Shown one piece after another: positions 22,256 through 35,737 of a DNA stretch of 64,000 bases. Positions within the stretch are counted from its first letter, which is position 1, and the number at the start of each line of letters is the position of its first letter. The position numbers and the translations under genes are program-made. The stretch covers positions 252,714,001 through 252,778,000 of the forward strand of contig NC_086097.1 of assembly GCF_963921235.1 (NCBI RefSeq). Reading direction: 5' to 3'. This DNA is from Mobula hypostoma. Its lineage: Eukaryota. The notes under the pieces are model-generated. The model worked only from the letters and a program-made list of their open reading frames with translations. It did not search any database and had not been told where the DNA came from.

Positions 22256-23194
22256 CAATATTATGGTTATGAAATCATAGCTTGCAGTTTGCAGAATGTG
22301 ATATTTAAAAGCTGATTTTTACCAATGTAACAGAAACAAGCATTTTGCAATAATAGATTTATTGTTGAGTTTTCTGCCAAAAACATAATGAAACTTAAAA
22401 TGGTCCTCAGGATTAAATAGGGTAATTATATATAAACAGAACACGATTGACTATGGTAGTTGTAAGTTATGTAAACTCAGCTTACACATTGATTCAGCTG
22501 GCCATTTCCTTTTGCCTCTAATAGAAGAACACAAAACAACATCAGAATTCAAACAGAACTCGAGCTTGGCTGTTTGAAAGTCATCTGTTTCTTTCGAGCC
22601 GCTTTTTAATGTGGTTTTGGTTCTAACATTCCCCACATAGCTGCTACCTTGCAAGCACGCAGCAAATTGACAATATTTATGTGATCTTTGTGTCTTTGAG
22701 AATATTTTAGCTTTATAATGGGGAAATTTCATATACCCTCAAGGCTAAATGTAGAAACACAATCCTTACTGCCTTTGGTAATTGGCCGATTGTGGTTAGG
22801 TGCACTGGTTAATAACTTGGCAATTCTTGGATTAATTTGATGTTTTATTTTGTTTTTTGTCTCATCATCTCTGTTCTTGACAGCAAGCAAAACAAATGAT
22901 AGAAGCAAACATTCTGGTGAGAAAGTGTCACTTACTTACTGAGATTCTGCACAGAACCGGCTTTCAGCCCTTCGAGCTGCGCTGCCCAACAACACACCTA
23001 CTTAATCCAAGTCAAATCACCGGACAATTTATAATGCCCGATTAACGCCTTTGACTGTGAGAGGAAACAGGCGCAGGCGCATTCCACAGGGATGACATAA
23101 AGACTCCCTTTATTGTCCTCTGAACTCCGACACCCCCAGCCTTAATATTGTCGCGCTAACTGATATGCTACCCTGGTGACCCTTCATATCTACA

Positions 23195-23970
23195 TAGAAC
23201 ATAGAGCATAGAACACAGAGCAGTACAGCACAGGAACAGGCCCTTCGGCTCACAATATTGTGCTGAACCAATTAAATTCGTCATCAAATGGCCAACTAAA
23301 CTAATCTCTCTGCCTGCACCACGACTATATCCTTCAATTTCCCTCACATTCATGTGCCCATCCAAATATCTCTTAAATGTCTCTATTGTATCCGCCTCCA
23401 CCACCAGCCCAGGCAGTGCGTTCCAGGAACCCACCACTCTCTGTACAAAAAAATGGCCCCTCATATCGCCTTTGGGATTACCCCCCTCACTTTAAGTGCC
23501 ATCTGGTAATAGACATTTCAACTCTGGTAGAAAGATATTGTCCGTCTACTCTAGCTATGCCTGTCATTCCTCAGATCAGTTGGCTTGTGCTATAAGGAGA
23601 GACTGGACAGTCAAAGATTATTTTCTTTGGAGTGGCAGAAGCTGAGGTGAGTCCATAAAATTATGAAAGGCATAGATGGAATAGAGAGGTGGTGTCCTTT
23701 TCCCAGAGTCGACATGTCTAATACCAAAGGGCATGCATTAATGGTGAGGGGGGCCGGGGGTAAGTCCAAAGTGAATTTATTATTGAAGTACATAAAGGTC
23801 ACCATATGCAACCCTGAGATTTGTCTTCGCAGGAGATGTGCGGGGTAGTCTCTACATGGAGTGCTCTCTGTTACCTAGTGCCTGGAATGTGCTGCCAGGG
23901 CAGGTGGTGAAGGTGGATGTGATGGAGATGTCTTGGAGGTTCTCAGATGGACCCATGAATATGCAGAGCA
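23195..23970. mobile_element. CR1 3' fragments on both strands
   Basis: FFVQRVVGSWNALP and TKGH motifs. Confidence 0.75.
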
Positions 23971-24214
23971 GGGGTTCCCAACCTGGGGTCTACGGGCCCC
24001 TCGCTCTCTGGCAGGGATCTGCAGCATAAAAATCCTCCCTGATGCAGAGAATGGATACATTGGAACCATGTGCAGGTGAAAAGAATGAATTTAATTCGAT
24101 GTTATTAGCTTAATTAGTGATACCTCCGAGGAGATGGCAGTGCATATACATGCAGCAGCTTTTTGGGGGCCAAACAAAAGTTTGAATCTGACTGTCGGGC
24201 CAGGGATGTCCACA

Positions 24215-25610
24215 AGACCTCAAGATATAGGAGTAGAATTAGGACCGTTGGCCCATCGAGTCTGCTCCACCATTTCATCATGGCTGATCTATTTTCCCTC
24301 TCAGCCCCAAACTTTTACCTTAGACCAGAAGACATAGGAGCAGAATTAGTCCATTCAGCCCATCGAGTCTTCTCTGCTATTCCATCATGGCTGATCCCGG
24401 ATCCCACTCAAACCCGTACATCTGCCTTCTCGCCATATCCTTTGATGCCCTGACCAATCAGGAAACGATCAACTTCCGCTTTAAATTCCACTTTGAAAGT
24501 TGCCTCACAGGTAGATAGGGTAGTTAAGAAAGCTATGGGGTATTAGCTTTCATAAGTCGAAGGATAGAGTTTAAGAGTCGCGAGGTAATGATGCAGCTCT
24601 ATAAAACTCTGGTTAGGCCACACTTGGAGTACTGTGTCCAGTTCTGGTCGCCTCACTATAGGAAGGATGTGGAAGCATTGGAAAGGGTACAGAGGAAATT
24701 TACCAAGATGCTGCCTGGTTTAGAGAGTATGGATTACGATCAGAGATTAAGGGAGCTAGGGCTTTACTCTTTGGAGAGAAGGAGGGTGAGATGAGACATG
24801 ATAGAGGTACACAAGATATTAAGAGGAATAGATAGAGTGGACAGCCAGTGCCTCTTCCCCAGGGCACCACTGCTCAATACAAGAGGACATGGCTTTAAGG
24901 TAAGTGGTGGGAAGTTCAAGGGGGATATTAGAGGAAGGTTTTTTACTCAGAGAGTGGTTGGAGCGTGGAATGCACTGCCTGAGTCAGTGGTGGAGGCAGA
25001 TACACTAGTGAAGTTTAAGAGACTACTAGACAGGTATATGGAGGAATTTATGGTGGGGGTTATATGGGAGGCATTGTGGGCCGAAGAGCCTGTACTGTGC
25101 TGTACTATTCTATGGTCTATGTTCTATGTTCTAAATATACGCATGGACTTGGCCGCCACCACAGTCTGTTCAGAGCATTCCACAGATTCACTACTCTCTG
25201 GTAAAAAAATTCCTCCTTATGTCTGTTCTAAAAGGCTACCCTCAATGTTAAGGCTGTGCCCTCTAGTTCTGGATACCCCACCATAGAAACATCCTCTCCA
25301 CATCCACCCTATATAGTCCTTTCAACATTCTGTAGGTTTCAATGAAATCCCCCCGCATTCTTCTAAATTCCAATGAGAACACACCCAGAGCTGCCAACTG
25401 CACCTCATATGTTAACCCCTTCATTCCCAGAATCATCTTCATGAAACTCCTCTGGATTCTTTCCAATAACAAACGATCCTTTCTGAGATATGGGGACCAA
25501 AACTGTTGCCAATACTCCAAGTGCGGCCTGACTAGTGTCTTATAAAGGCTCGGCATTATCTGCTTGCTTTGATATTCTATTCCACTTGAAATAAATGCCA
25601 ACATTACATT
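24215..25610. mobile_element. CR1 (minus) interrupted by a CR1 (plus, 24487-25131)
   Basis: ORFs 24588-25286 (plus) and 25263-25604 (minus); TSD TAAAT. Confidence 0.9.
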
Positions 25611-25780
25611 GCACCACTTGCAAGGATAAATGCCAGGAGGGAAATCAGTGGGGAAGGACGAATGGACAAGGGAGTTGTGTAGGGAGCAATCCCTGCAGAA
25701 AGCAGAAAGTGGGGCGAAGGGAAATTTGTGCTTGGTGGTGGGATCCCGTTGGAGATGGCGGAAGTTCTGGAGAATTATGT
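25610..25780 (-). mobile_element. Penelope fragment
   Basis: Similar to 36560-36745. Confidence 0.7.
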
Positions 25781-25789
25781 ATTAGTAGC

Positions 25790-28700
25790 CAAGACGTGAC
25801 ATTGTGATTGTAAAGGGAGCTGGAAAAGGCATGTGATAATGGTAATGTCACAATTGTAATGGGGGACTTTAATATGCAAGGGGATTGGGAAAATCAGGCT
25901 GGTGTCGGATCGCAAGAGAGGGAATGCCTATAAGGTGTGCTTGAGTCTACTTGGAGAAAGGCTATCTTAGATTGGGTGTTGGTAATAACCCAGATCTTAT
26001 TTGGAAGCTTAAGGTAAAGGAACCCTTAGGAGGCAGTGATCATAATACGATTGAATTCATACTGCAATTTGAAGGGGGCAAGCAGAAGTCAATATTGCAA
26101 TGGATTAAAGGGAATTACAGAGGCATGAGAGTGCAGCTTGCCCAGGGGGACTGGAGAAGGATACTGGCAGGGATGATGGCAGAGCAGAGATGGCTGAAGT
26201 CTCTGGGAATAGTTCACAAGGTGCAGGATAGGTATCTCCCACAGAAGAAGATCTCAAATGGCAGAGATAGGCAACCGTGGATGACAAGGGAAGTTAGGGA
26301 CTGCATATAAGCCAAGGAAGGTGCATATAAGGTAGCAAAAATGAACAGGCAGTTGTATGATTGGGAAGCTTTTAAAATCCAACATAAGACAACTAAAAAG
26401 CTATAAGAAGGGAGAGTATATAGCAAGAGGATAAGACGTGAGAGAATAGGACCAATCAAGTGTGACAGTGGAAAGTGTGTATGGAACCGGAGGAGATAGC
26501 AGAGGTACCTAATGAATACTTTGCTTCAGTATTCATTACAAAAAAGGATCTTGGTGATTGTAAGGATGACTTATAGTGGATTGAAAAGCTTGAGCTTATA
26601 GACATTAAGAAAGAGGATGTGCTGGAGCTTTTGGACAGCATCAAGTTGGATAAGTCTCCGGGACTGGTCGGGATGTACCCCAGACTACTGTGGGAGGCAA
26701 GGGAGGAGACTGCTGAGCCTCTGCCAGTGATATTTGCATTAGCAATGGGGATGGGAAAGGTTCTGGAGGATTGGAGGGTTGCAGATGTTGTTACCTTATT
26801 CAAGAAATGGAATAGAGATAGCCCAGAAAATTATAGACCAGTGAGTCTTACTTCAGTGGTTGGTAAGATGATGGAAAAGATCTTGAGCAGCAGGATTTAT
26901 GAACATTTGGAGAAGCATAATATGATTAGGAATAGTCAGCATGGCTTTGTGAAAGGCAGGTCGTGCCTTACGAGCCTGATTGAGTTATTTGAGGAAGAGA
27001 CTAAACATGTTGATGAAGGTAAAGCAGTAGATATAGTGTATGTGGATTTCAGCAAAGCACTTGATAAGGTACCCCGTGCAAGGGTTATTGAGAAAGTATG
27101 GAGGCATGGGATCCAAGGGGACATTGCTTTGTGTGCAGGCTGGTCACCCACCTACAGCAAAGATGTAAGTAAAGTTGTAAGAGTTCAGGTAAAATTTGCA
27201 AGGCCAAAAATTTACCAGGACTGGAGGACCTGAATTATAGGAAAGATTGACTAGGTTGAAACTTTATTCCCTAGGATGTAGGTGATTGAGGGGAGATTTG
27301 AGGGGTGACAGAGGACAGGAAAATTGCAAACATTACTCCACTCTTTAAGAAAGGATGAAGGCAACAGAAAGGAAATTAAAGACCAGTTAGCCTGACCTCA
27401 GTGGTTGGGAAGATGTTGGAGACAATTGTTAAGGATGAGGTGATGGAGTACTTGGTGATACAGGACAAGATAGTACTAAGTCAGTATGGTTTCCTTCAGG
27501 GAAAATCCTGCCTGATGAACCTGTTGGAATTCTTTGAGGAGATTATAAGTAGGATAGATAAAGGAGATGCAGTGGATGTTGTATAAATGGACTTTCAGAA
27601 GGCCTTTGACAAGGTGCTACACATGAGGCTGCTTACCAAGTTAAGAGCCCATGGTATGACAGGAAAGTTACTAAGATGGTTAGAGCATTGGCTGATTGGT
27701 AGGAGGCAGCAAGAGGGAATAAAAGAATCCTATTTTGGTTTGCTCCCAGTGACTAGTGGTTTTCAGCAGGGGTCGGTGTTGGGACCACTTCTTTTTATGC
27801 CATATATAAATGACTTAGATGATGGAATGGATAGCTCTGTTGCCAAGTTTGCAGATGATACAAAGATTGGTGGAGGGCAGGCAGTGTTGAGGAAGCAGGT
27901 AGGATGCAGAAGGACTTAGGCAGATTAGGAGAATGGGCAAGAAAATGGCAAATTAAATACAATGTTGGAAAATGCATGACCATGCACTTTGGCAGTAGAA
28001 ATAAATGTGCAGATGACTTTCTAAACGGGAAGAAAATTCAGGAATCTGAGATGCAAAGGGTCTTGGGTGTCCTTGTACAGAACACGCTGAAGGTTAACTT
28101 GCATGTTGAGTCAGTGGTGAGGAAGGCAAATGCCATGTTAACACATTTCAAAAGGTCTAGAATACAAGAGCAAAGATGTGATGCTGAGGCTTTATAAGGC
28201 ACTGGTGAGTATTGTGAACAGTGAGGCAGACTGTCAAAGCTTGCAGTGAGATCTGGACCAGCTGGAAAAATGGGCTGAAAAATGGCAGATGGAATTTAGA
28301 GCAGACAAGTGAAAGTTATGAGTATTGAGCATTCTGAACAGTTTTGGGCCCCTCATCTTAGTAAAGATGTCCTGGTATTGGAGAGGGTCTAGAGGAGGTT
28401 CACAAGGATGATTCCAGGAATGAAAGGTTTATCATATGAGGAATGTTTAATGGCTCTGGGCCTGTACTCACTGGAATTCAGAAGGATGAGGGGAGATCTC
28501 ATTGAAACTTTTCAAATGTTAAAGGCCTAGACAGAGTAGATGTGGAGAGGATGTTTCTCATGGTGGGAGAGTCTAGGACAAGAGGGCACAGCCTCAGGAT
28601 AGAGGGGTGCCCTTTCAAAGCAGAGATACAGAGAAATTTCTTTTGCTAAAGGGTAGTGAATTTGTGGAATTTGTTGCCACATGCAGCTGTGGAGGTCAGG

Positions 28701-29240
28701 TCATTGGGTGCATTTAAGGCAGAGATTGACAGGTTCTTGATAGGACATGGCATCAAAGGTTATGGGGAGAAGTCTGGGAAATGGGGTTGAGGAGGAGATA
28801 GGAAAAAGGATCAGCCATGATTGAATGGTGGAGGAGACTCGATAGAACAGATGGCCTAATTCTGCTCCAACGTCTTATGATCTTATTTGATAGAGGTATA
28901 CAAAATTGAGGGGTCTAGATAGGGTAGATGCAAGCAGGCTTTTTCCACTGAGATTGGGGGAGACTAGAACTAGAGGTCATGGGTTAAGGATGAAAGGTGA
29001 AATATTTAAGGGGAGCTTCTTTACTTGGAGGGTCATGAGAGTTTGGAATGAGCTGCCAGCACAAGTGGTCCATGTGATTTCGATTTCAATATTTAAGAGA
29101 AGTTTGGATAGGTAAATGGATGGTAGGGGTATGGACGCTACAGCTCTGGTGCAGGTGGATGGGAGTAGGCAGATTAAGTTGTTTTGCTTGAACTAGATTG
29201 GCCAAAGGGCCTGTTTCTGTGCTGTACTTTTGTATGACTA
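25790..29240 (+). mobile_element. Mosaic of CR1 ORF2 fragments (endonuclease end and RT)
   Basis: [60 protein letters not shown]. Confidence 0.92.
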
Positions 29241-30271
29241 TGAACTTTACAATTCATGTTCTCGGTATTATTTATCTATTTTTAATTTACACAATTTGTC
29301 TCCTTTGGCATATTGGTTGTTCGTCAGTCTTTGTTTATTCAACATTGTTTCATGTCATTTCCGGTACACAAGTGTAAATGAGAACAATTCTTACTCTGGA
29401 TCTGATGCAGCACAAAAAAACCACAATGGGATAAGGAATGCAATAATTAAAAAAACACTTTAAAGTATAAATATATAAGATAGCTTATATACATAGATTG
29501 ATTGTATGTCCATAAAGTGACGCTCGGCACAGGAGTGTCTGTACATAAGATGACTGACCGGAATTGATAAAGTAGTGGTGGTTGGGGGTGTGGAGGGGTG
29601 GGTTAGTGGGTGTAGGTGTTGATCAGCCTCACTGCTTGGGGAAAGTAACTGAGTCTGGTGGTCCTGGTGTTTTGTAAATTCTATTGTATGTCTTTATTTT
29701 CCTATAAATGCCTGCAAGAAAATAAATCTCAAAGTGTTATGTATGTACTTGGATATTAAATTTACTTTGACTTGACTTTGAACTTCCTGTCACTGTTGTT
29801 AAATACAAGCTTTAGACTAATCCACATTCGTTTCATCCATAATTTTGAAAAAGTGATGCCAATGCAATGATTTGATGTCCCTTTCTCAATACGCAGGTCA
29901 TAGATTTGTATCGTTATACTCTGCTTGCCTGAACCTCTGTTTAAACAATGATCTTGAGCCATGATGTACTCAAGAGCCTGGGCCAAAATCCAAATCTCTG
30001 AACAACCAAAAGAAATACATCGTTTGGAACTCATTATCTTTAAAAACCAAGATACAACATTATCAATAATCTTTCTGATCTCTGCAGAGTTGGTGCAGTT
30101 ATGCAAGATTTCTCTGCTTAGGCTGCACAACATCTGTACTATCTTACAATACTTTTTTTACAGGATGAGAGTATGTCCATAGTATGAATTTAACCATGAT
30201 TAACTGCTCTAAAGTTGGCTGATCAGAGTTCCTTGACCTCATCCTTAACTTTCTATTTAATTCACTCAGTA

Positions 30272-30720
30272 TACAGTGGATTCCATTTAACTGGGCCATC
30301 AGTTAATCAGTGCAGCCACTTCTTTGGGACATCGCTAAAGAACAAAAGCTAATTGGGAAAATAGCCGGCATTCCCTTTGTTTATTTGGGATACAATGCTG
30401 CTTAACTGTTTCCGAACAGTTTCTAAACAGTGTCAGTGCGTGCATTTATCTGGACATTGGACACTGCACCGTGCTTAGAGCAAACTGTTTCTAAATAGCA
30501 TCAATTGCATGCAATTCTGTTCAAAAAGCAGTGATTTTTGTCACTGATAGTTGGTGAGAAATAAGCAGTAGGACAATTCAGAACCGTTTTGCTCACTGCG
30601 GTTTCAAGCGTTCAGGCTTGGAGATGCTAGAATCGGCTGGGAGTGAAAATGAAACAATTTCATTACTTTAACAAGTTAAGAAGAACAAAGTATTTGAAGG
30701 TATCAACAGTCAATTTTACC
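30272..30720. mobile_element. Probable Tigger/pogo-like DNA transposon remnant
   Basis: Starts TA-CAGTGGATTCC with TTAA-rich subterminal repeats; no matching right TIR identified. Confidence 0.35.
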
Positions 30721-30724
30721 CTGT

Positions 30725-31100
30725 GGCTCTTAAACTCTTGAACCCCCGACTAATGAAGGCCATTGCACCATATGCCTTCTTAACAGCCTATCAATACGTG
30801 CGGCAACTTTAAAAGATCTATAGATGTTAACCCCAAGATCCCTCTGTTTCTCCACACTGCTAAGAATCCTACCATTTACCCTGTATTCTGCCTTCAAATT
30901 CAACCTTCCAAAGTAAATCACTTCACACTTTTCGCCATCTGCCACTTCGCAGCCCAGCTCTTCATCCTGTCCATGTTCCTACAACCTTACACACTATCCA
31001 CAACTCCACCAACCTTCCTTTCATTTGCAAACTGACTAACCCACCCTTCCACTTTCTCATCCAAGTCATTTATAATACTCACAAAGAGCGGTGGCCCCAA
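30725..31100 (-). mobile_element. CR1 fragment
   Basis: KCEVIYFGRLNLKAEYRVNG...QRDLGV. Confidence 0.8.
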
Positions 31101-31844
31101 CCGATTACTATGGGGTCATCTGTGACCCTGCGAGAAAGCTCAAGAAGAAGAAACCTTTTTCAAGTTCAAGATTAATAATCATTCAACCTTATATGAACAC
31201 CCATTAATACATCCAAATGAAACAGTGTTCCTCTGGGACCAGTTGGCAGAACATCATGGACCAAAGGACCTGTACTCTTCAGTACTGATCTGTGTCCTAT
31301 GCTGATTTACATTGTGCAAGCTGCTTACTAAAATCAACAGCCATCTTTAAGGGTTAAAATCAGCATCATTACAATCCAGATACACTCCAGTCTGCAGGAG
31401 ACGATCAGTGTGCCAGCTTGTGCAATTATCTTGGAAACATTTATTTGTGTCAATAAGTGAAGGTGATGCCCGAAAGAAAAACTATAATTATAGATTACAT
31501 GGGGGGGACATGGTGGTGTAGCAGTTAGAATAATGCTTTACAGCGCCAGCTGTAAGATTGGGGATCAATTCCCACTGCTGTCTGTAAGGAGTTTCTACTT
31601 TCTTCCTATGACTGTGTAGGTTTCCTCTGGGTGCTCTGGTTTCTTCCCACATTCCAAAGACATACGGGTTAGGGTTAGTAAGTTATGGGCATGTTGGGTG
31701 ATACTGCAGGCTGTCCAGCACAATCTCCACTGATTTCATTTGACGCAAGTGACACATTTCACTGTATGTTTGGATGCTTTGATGTACACGTGACAAAGCT
31801 TATCTTTACCTTTATCCATAGATAATACAATCTTTATTGAATTC

Positions 31845-32260
31845 AGAGTCAGAATCAGAATCCGGTTTATTATCACCGGCATGTGCCGTGAAATTGTTAA
31901 CTTAGCAGCAGCAGTTCAATGCAATACGTAATCTAGCAGAGAGAAAAAATAATAATAATAATAAATAAACAATAAATGAATTACATATATTGAACAGATT
32001 TTTAAAAATGTGCCAAAACAGAAATACTGTGTATTAAAAAAAAGTGAGGTAGTATCCAAGGATTCAATGTCCATTTAGGAATCAGATGGCGGAGGGGAAG
32101 AAGCTGTTCCTGAATCACTGAGTGTGTGCCTTCAGGCTTCTGTACCTCCTACCTGATGGTAACGGTGAAAAAAGGACATGCCCTGGGTGCTGGAGGTCTT
32201 TAATATTGGACGCTGCCTTTCTGAGCATCGCTTCCTGAAGATGTCCTGGGTACTTTGGGG
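31845..32260 (-). mobile_element. Rex1/Babar 3' end
   Basis: Reverse complement similar to 61340-61755; (TTCTGA)n-like tail. Confidence 0.8.
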
Positions 32261-33327
32261 CCCTGAATGGAGGTGAGGGAGGAGGTGAATGGCAGGTGTA
32301 GCACCTAGTCTGCTTTCAGGAATTTTGTTAACTTATTTGTGATAATATTTTGTTTTTGTACGTCTGTGATATGTCTTGTGGCTGTACTGTGATCCGGAGG
32401 AACGCTGGTTTGTTTGGTTGTAGATGACAATAAACTTGAACATGAAGAACGGATTTCTAGTCAACACTGAATTAAAGTCAGCAATGGGAACACTGGAGTT
32501 TCTGTGAACCTTGCCTTATTGTCCAATAAACCCACCCAGTGAGGCAGGCTTTGTGCTTGGACACCCATAAAACCTCTCTGAAATTTAAGGTCTAATAAAT
32601 TTTTATGTTTTCATTTTTAATACTCGAGGCCCACAATAAAAAAAGTTCTTCTGAAATTGGATCAAACTAAAATATAATGTGGTGCTCACCGCATAGATAA
32701 TTTTGTACAAGGGAGGTAGCTGACCCACCATTGAGCACATCTACACGGAACGCTGTCGCAGGAAAGCAGCGTCCATCATCACCTGCCCAGTCAACTCCTC
32801 CTCACCTCCATTCAGGGCCCCAAACAGTCCTTCCAGGTGAGGCAACACTTCCCCTGTGAATCTGCCGGTGTCCTCATCAGGGACCCCCACCATTCGGGAC
32901 ATTCTCTCATCTCACTGCTGCCATCAGGAGCCTCAGGACTCACACCACCAGGTTCAGGAACAGTTATTACCCCTCAACACGAGGAGACATCTTCATTTGC
33001 CCCATCACTGATCTGTTCCCAAACGGACTTACTTTCAAATACTCTTCATCTCATGTTCTCAATATTTATTGCTTCCTATTTATTTGTTTTTGTATCTACA
33101 GTGAATGCACACAAGAAAATGAATCTCAGGGCTGTATATGGTAAATGTACATTGATAATTAATTTTGAACTTGTATACCTGCATATTGTAAGAGGCTCCT
33201 GCTAGATCAGTCATAGGACACTACGGCATAGAAACAGGCTGTTTGGCCCATCTAGTCCATGCCGAACCACTATTCTACATGATTCTATTCATTATACTTG
33301 ATTCCTTTCCAATATCTTCTCGGAGGA

Positions 33328-35300
33328 TCATCACGTTGTCATGGCGCAGAACCTTGTGAGTTTCTAAGACCCCGGGAGCCATGTCGCCTGGAGCTTAGCT
33401 TCTGGTAGGGTCACCCAAGAGGAACCTACATAAGACCTCAGTGGTGGAGCTGGCAGAAGATGATGACACATCGCAACACAGTGAAGGTGGAGGAAGATGA
33501 TGACTCGTCACAGCACAGTGAAGGTGGAGGAAGATGATGACTCATCACAACATAGTGAAGGCGGAGGAAGATGATGACTCGTCACAACACAGTGAAGGTG
33601 GAGGAAGATAATAACACATCGCAACACAGTGAAGGCGGAGGAAGATGATGACATGTCACAACACAGTGAAGGCGGAGGAAGATGATGACTCGTCACAAAA
33701 CAGTGAAGGCGGAGGAAGATGATGACATGTCACAACACAGTGAAGGCGGAGGAAGATGATGACTCGTCACAAAACAGTGAAGGCGGAGGAAGATGATGAC
33801 ATGTCACAACACAGTGAAGGCGGAGGAAGATGATGACTCGTCACAAAACAGTGAAGGCGGAGAAAGATGATGACTCGTCACAGCACAGTGAAGGCGGAGG
33901 AAGATGATGACTCGTCACAAAACAGTGAAGGCGGAGGAAGATGATGACATGTCACAACACAGTGAAGGCGGAGGAAGATGATGACTCGTCACAAAACAGT
34001 GAAGGCGGAGGAAGATGATGACATGTCACAACACAGTGAAGGCGGAGGAAGATGATGACTCGTCACAAAACAGTGAAGGCGGAGAAAGATGATGACTCGT
34101 CACAGCACAGTGAAGGCGGAGGAAGATGATGACTCGTCACAAAACAGTGAAGGCGGAGAAAGATGATGACTCGTCACAGCACAGTGAAGGCGGAGGAAGA
34201 TGATGACTCGTCACAGCACAGTGATGGCGGAGGAAGATGATGACTCGTCACAACACAGTGAAGGCGGAGGGAGATGATGACACGTCACAAGACAGTGAAG
34301 GCGGGGGAAGATGATGACTCGTCACAAGACAGTGAAGGCGGGGGGAGATGATGACTCGTCACAAGACAGTGAAGGCGGGGGAAGCTGATGACTCGTCACA
34401 AGACAGTGAAGGCGGGGGAAGCTGATGACTCGTCACAAGACAGTGAAGGCGGGGGAAGCTGATGACTCGTCACAAGACAGTGAAGGCGGGGGAAGCTGGT
34501 GACTCGTCACAAGACAGTGAAGGCGGGGGAAGCTGGTGACTCGTCACAAGACAGTGAAGGCGGGGGAAGCTGATGACTCGTCACAAGACAGTGAAGGCGG
34601 GGGAAGCTGATGACTCGTCACAAGACAGTGAAGGCGGGGGAAGCTGATGACTCGTCACAAGACAGTGAAGGCGGGGGAAGCTGGTGACTCGTCACAAGAC
34701 AGTGAAGGCGGGGGAAGCCGATGACTCGTCACAAGACAGTGAAGGCGGGGGAAGACGATGACTCGTCACAAGACAGTGAAGGCGGGGGAAGCCGGTGACT
34801 CGTCACAAGACAGTGAAGGCGGAGGAAGACGGTGACTCGTCACAAGACATTGAAGGCGGAGGAAGACGTTGACTCGTCACAAGACAGTGAAGGCGGAGGA
34901 AGACGATGACACGTCTCAAGACAGTGAAGGCGGAGGAAGACGATGACACGTCACAAGACAGTGAAGGCGGAGGAAGACGATGACACATCACAACACAATG
35001 AAGGCGGAGGAAGACGATGACTCGTCACAACACAGTGAAGGCGGAGGAAGACGATGACACGTCACAACACAGTGAAGGCGGAGGAAGACGATGACTCGTC
35101 ACAACACAGTGAAGGCGGAGGAAGACGATGACTCGTCACAACACAGTGAAGGCGGAGGAAGGTTGAAGCAGTGAAAGGTCTCCAGTCATCTTGCACTCCG
35201 TGCCACTGGGCCCTCGTCCCGATCTGTCACGGACCAGGGGAGTGGGGGGGAGGCGGGGTGGCAAGGCTGCCCAGGGCATCAGCCTCCCCACAACAGGCCT
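33328..35300 (+). mobile_element. RTE-type 5' leader element hosting a minisatellite
   Basis: TCACGTTGTCATGG...CTGGTAGGGTCACCCA before the array; element-like sequence resumes after 35160. Confidence 0.6.
33455..35162. repeat. 37-bp minisatellite, about 46 copies
   Basis: Unit CACAGTGAAGGCGGAGGAAGATGATGACTCGTCACAA. Confidence 0.98.
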
Positions 35301-35319
35301 TCTCCATTAACGGAATAAT

Positions 35320-35690
35320 CATAAGATATAGGAGCAGGATTAGGCTGTTTGGCCCACTGAGTCTGCTGTACCATTTCATCATGTCTGATCCATGTCCCTC
35401 CCCACCCCAATCTCCTGCCTTCTCACCATGACCCTTCATGCTTTGACCAATCAAGAATCTTTCAACCTCCGCTTTAAATATGACTTGGCCTCCACAGCCG
35501 TCTGTGGTAATGAATTCCACAGATTCACCACCCTCTGGCTAAAGAAACTCCTCCTCATCTCCATTCTAAATGGACGTCCCTCTATTCTGAGGCTGTGCCC
35601 CCGGTTCTACACCCCTGCACAATAGGAAATATCCTCTCCACATCCACTCTATCAAGGCCTTTCAACACTTGATAGGTTTCAGTCAGATGT
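35320..35690 (-). mobile_element. CR1 3' end
   Basis: Antisense CR1 signature (plus-strand reading LASTAVCGNEFHRFTTLWLKK). Confidence 0.85.
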
Positions 35691-35737
35691 CCCCTTGTTG
35701 CCACAGGCATCTGTGGAGGCTAAGTCAATAAGGAAGT

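Noticed and set aside
33455..35162. CRISPR-like array or acidic repeat protein (SEGGGR/EEDDDS)
   Set aside because: No unique spacers; the 37-bp unit shifts frame and has frequent TGA stops; eukaryotic context with no cas genes
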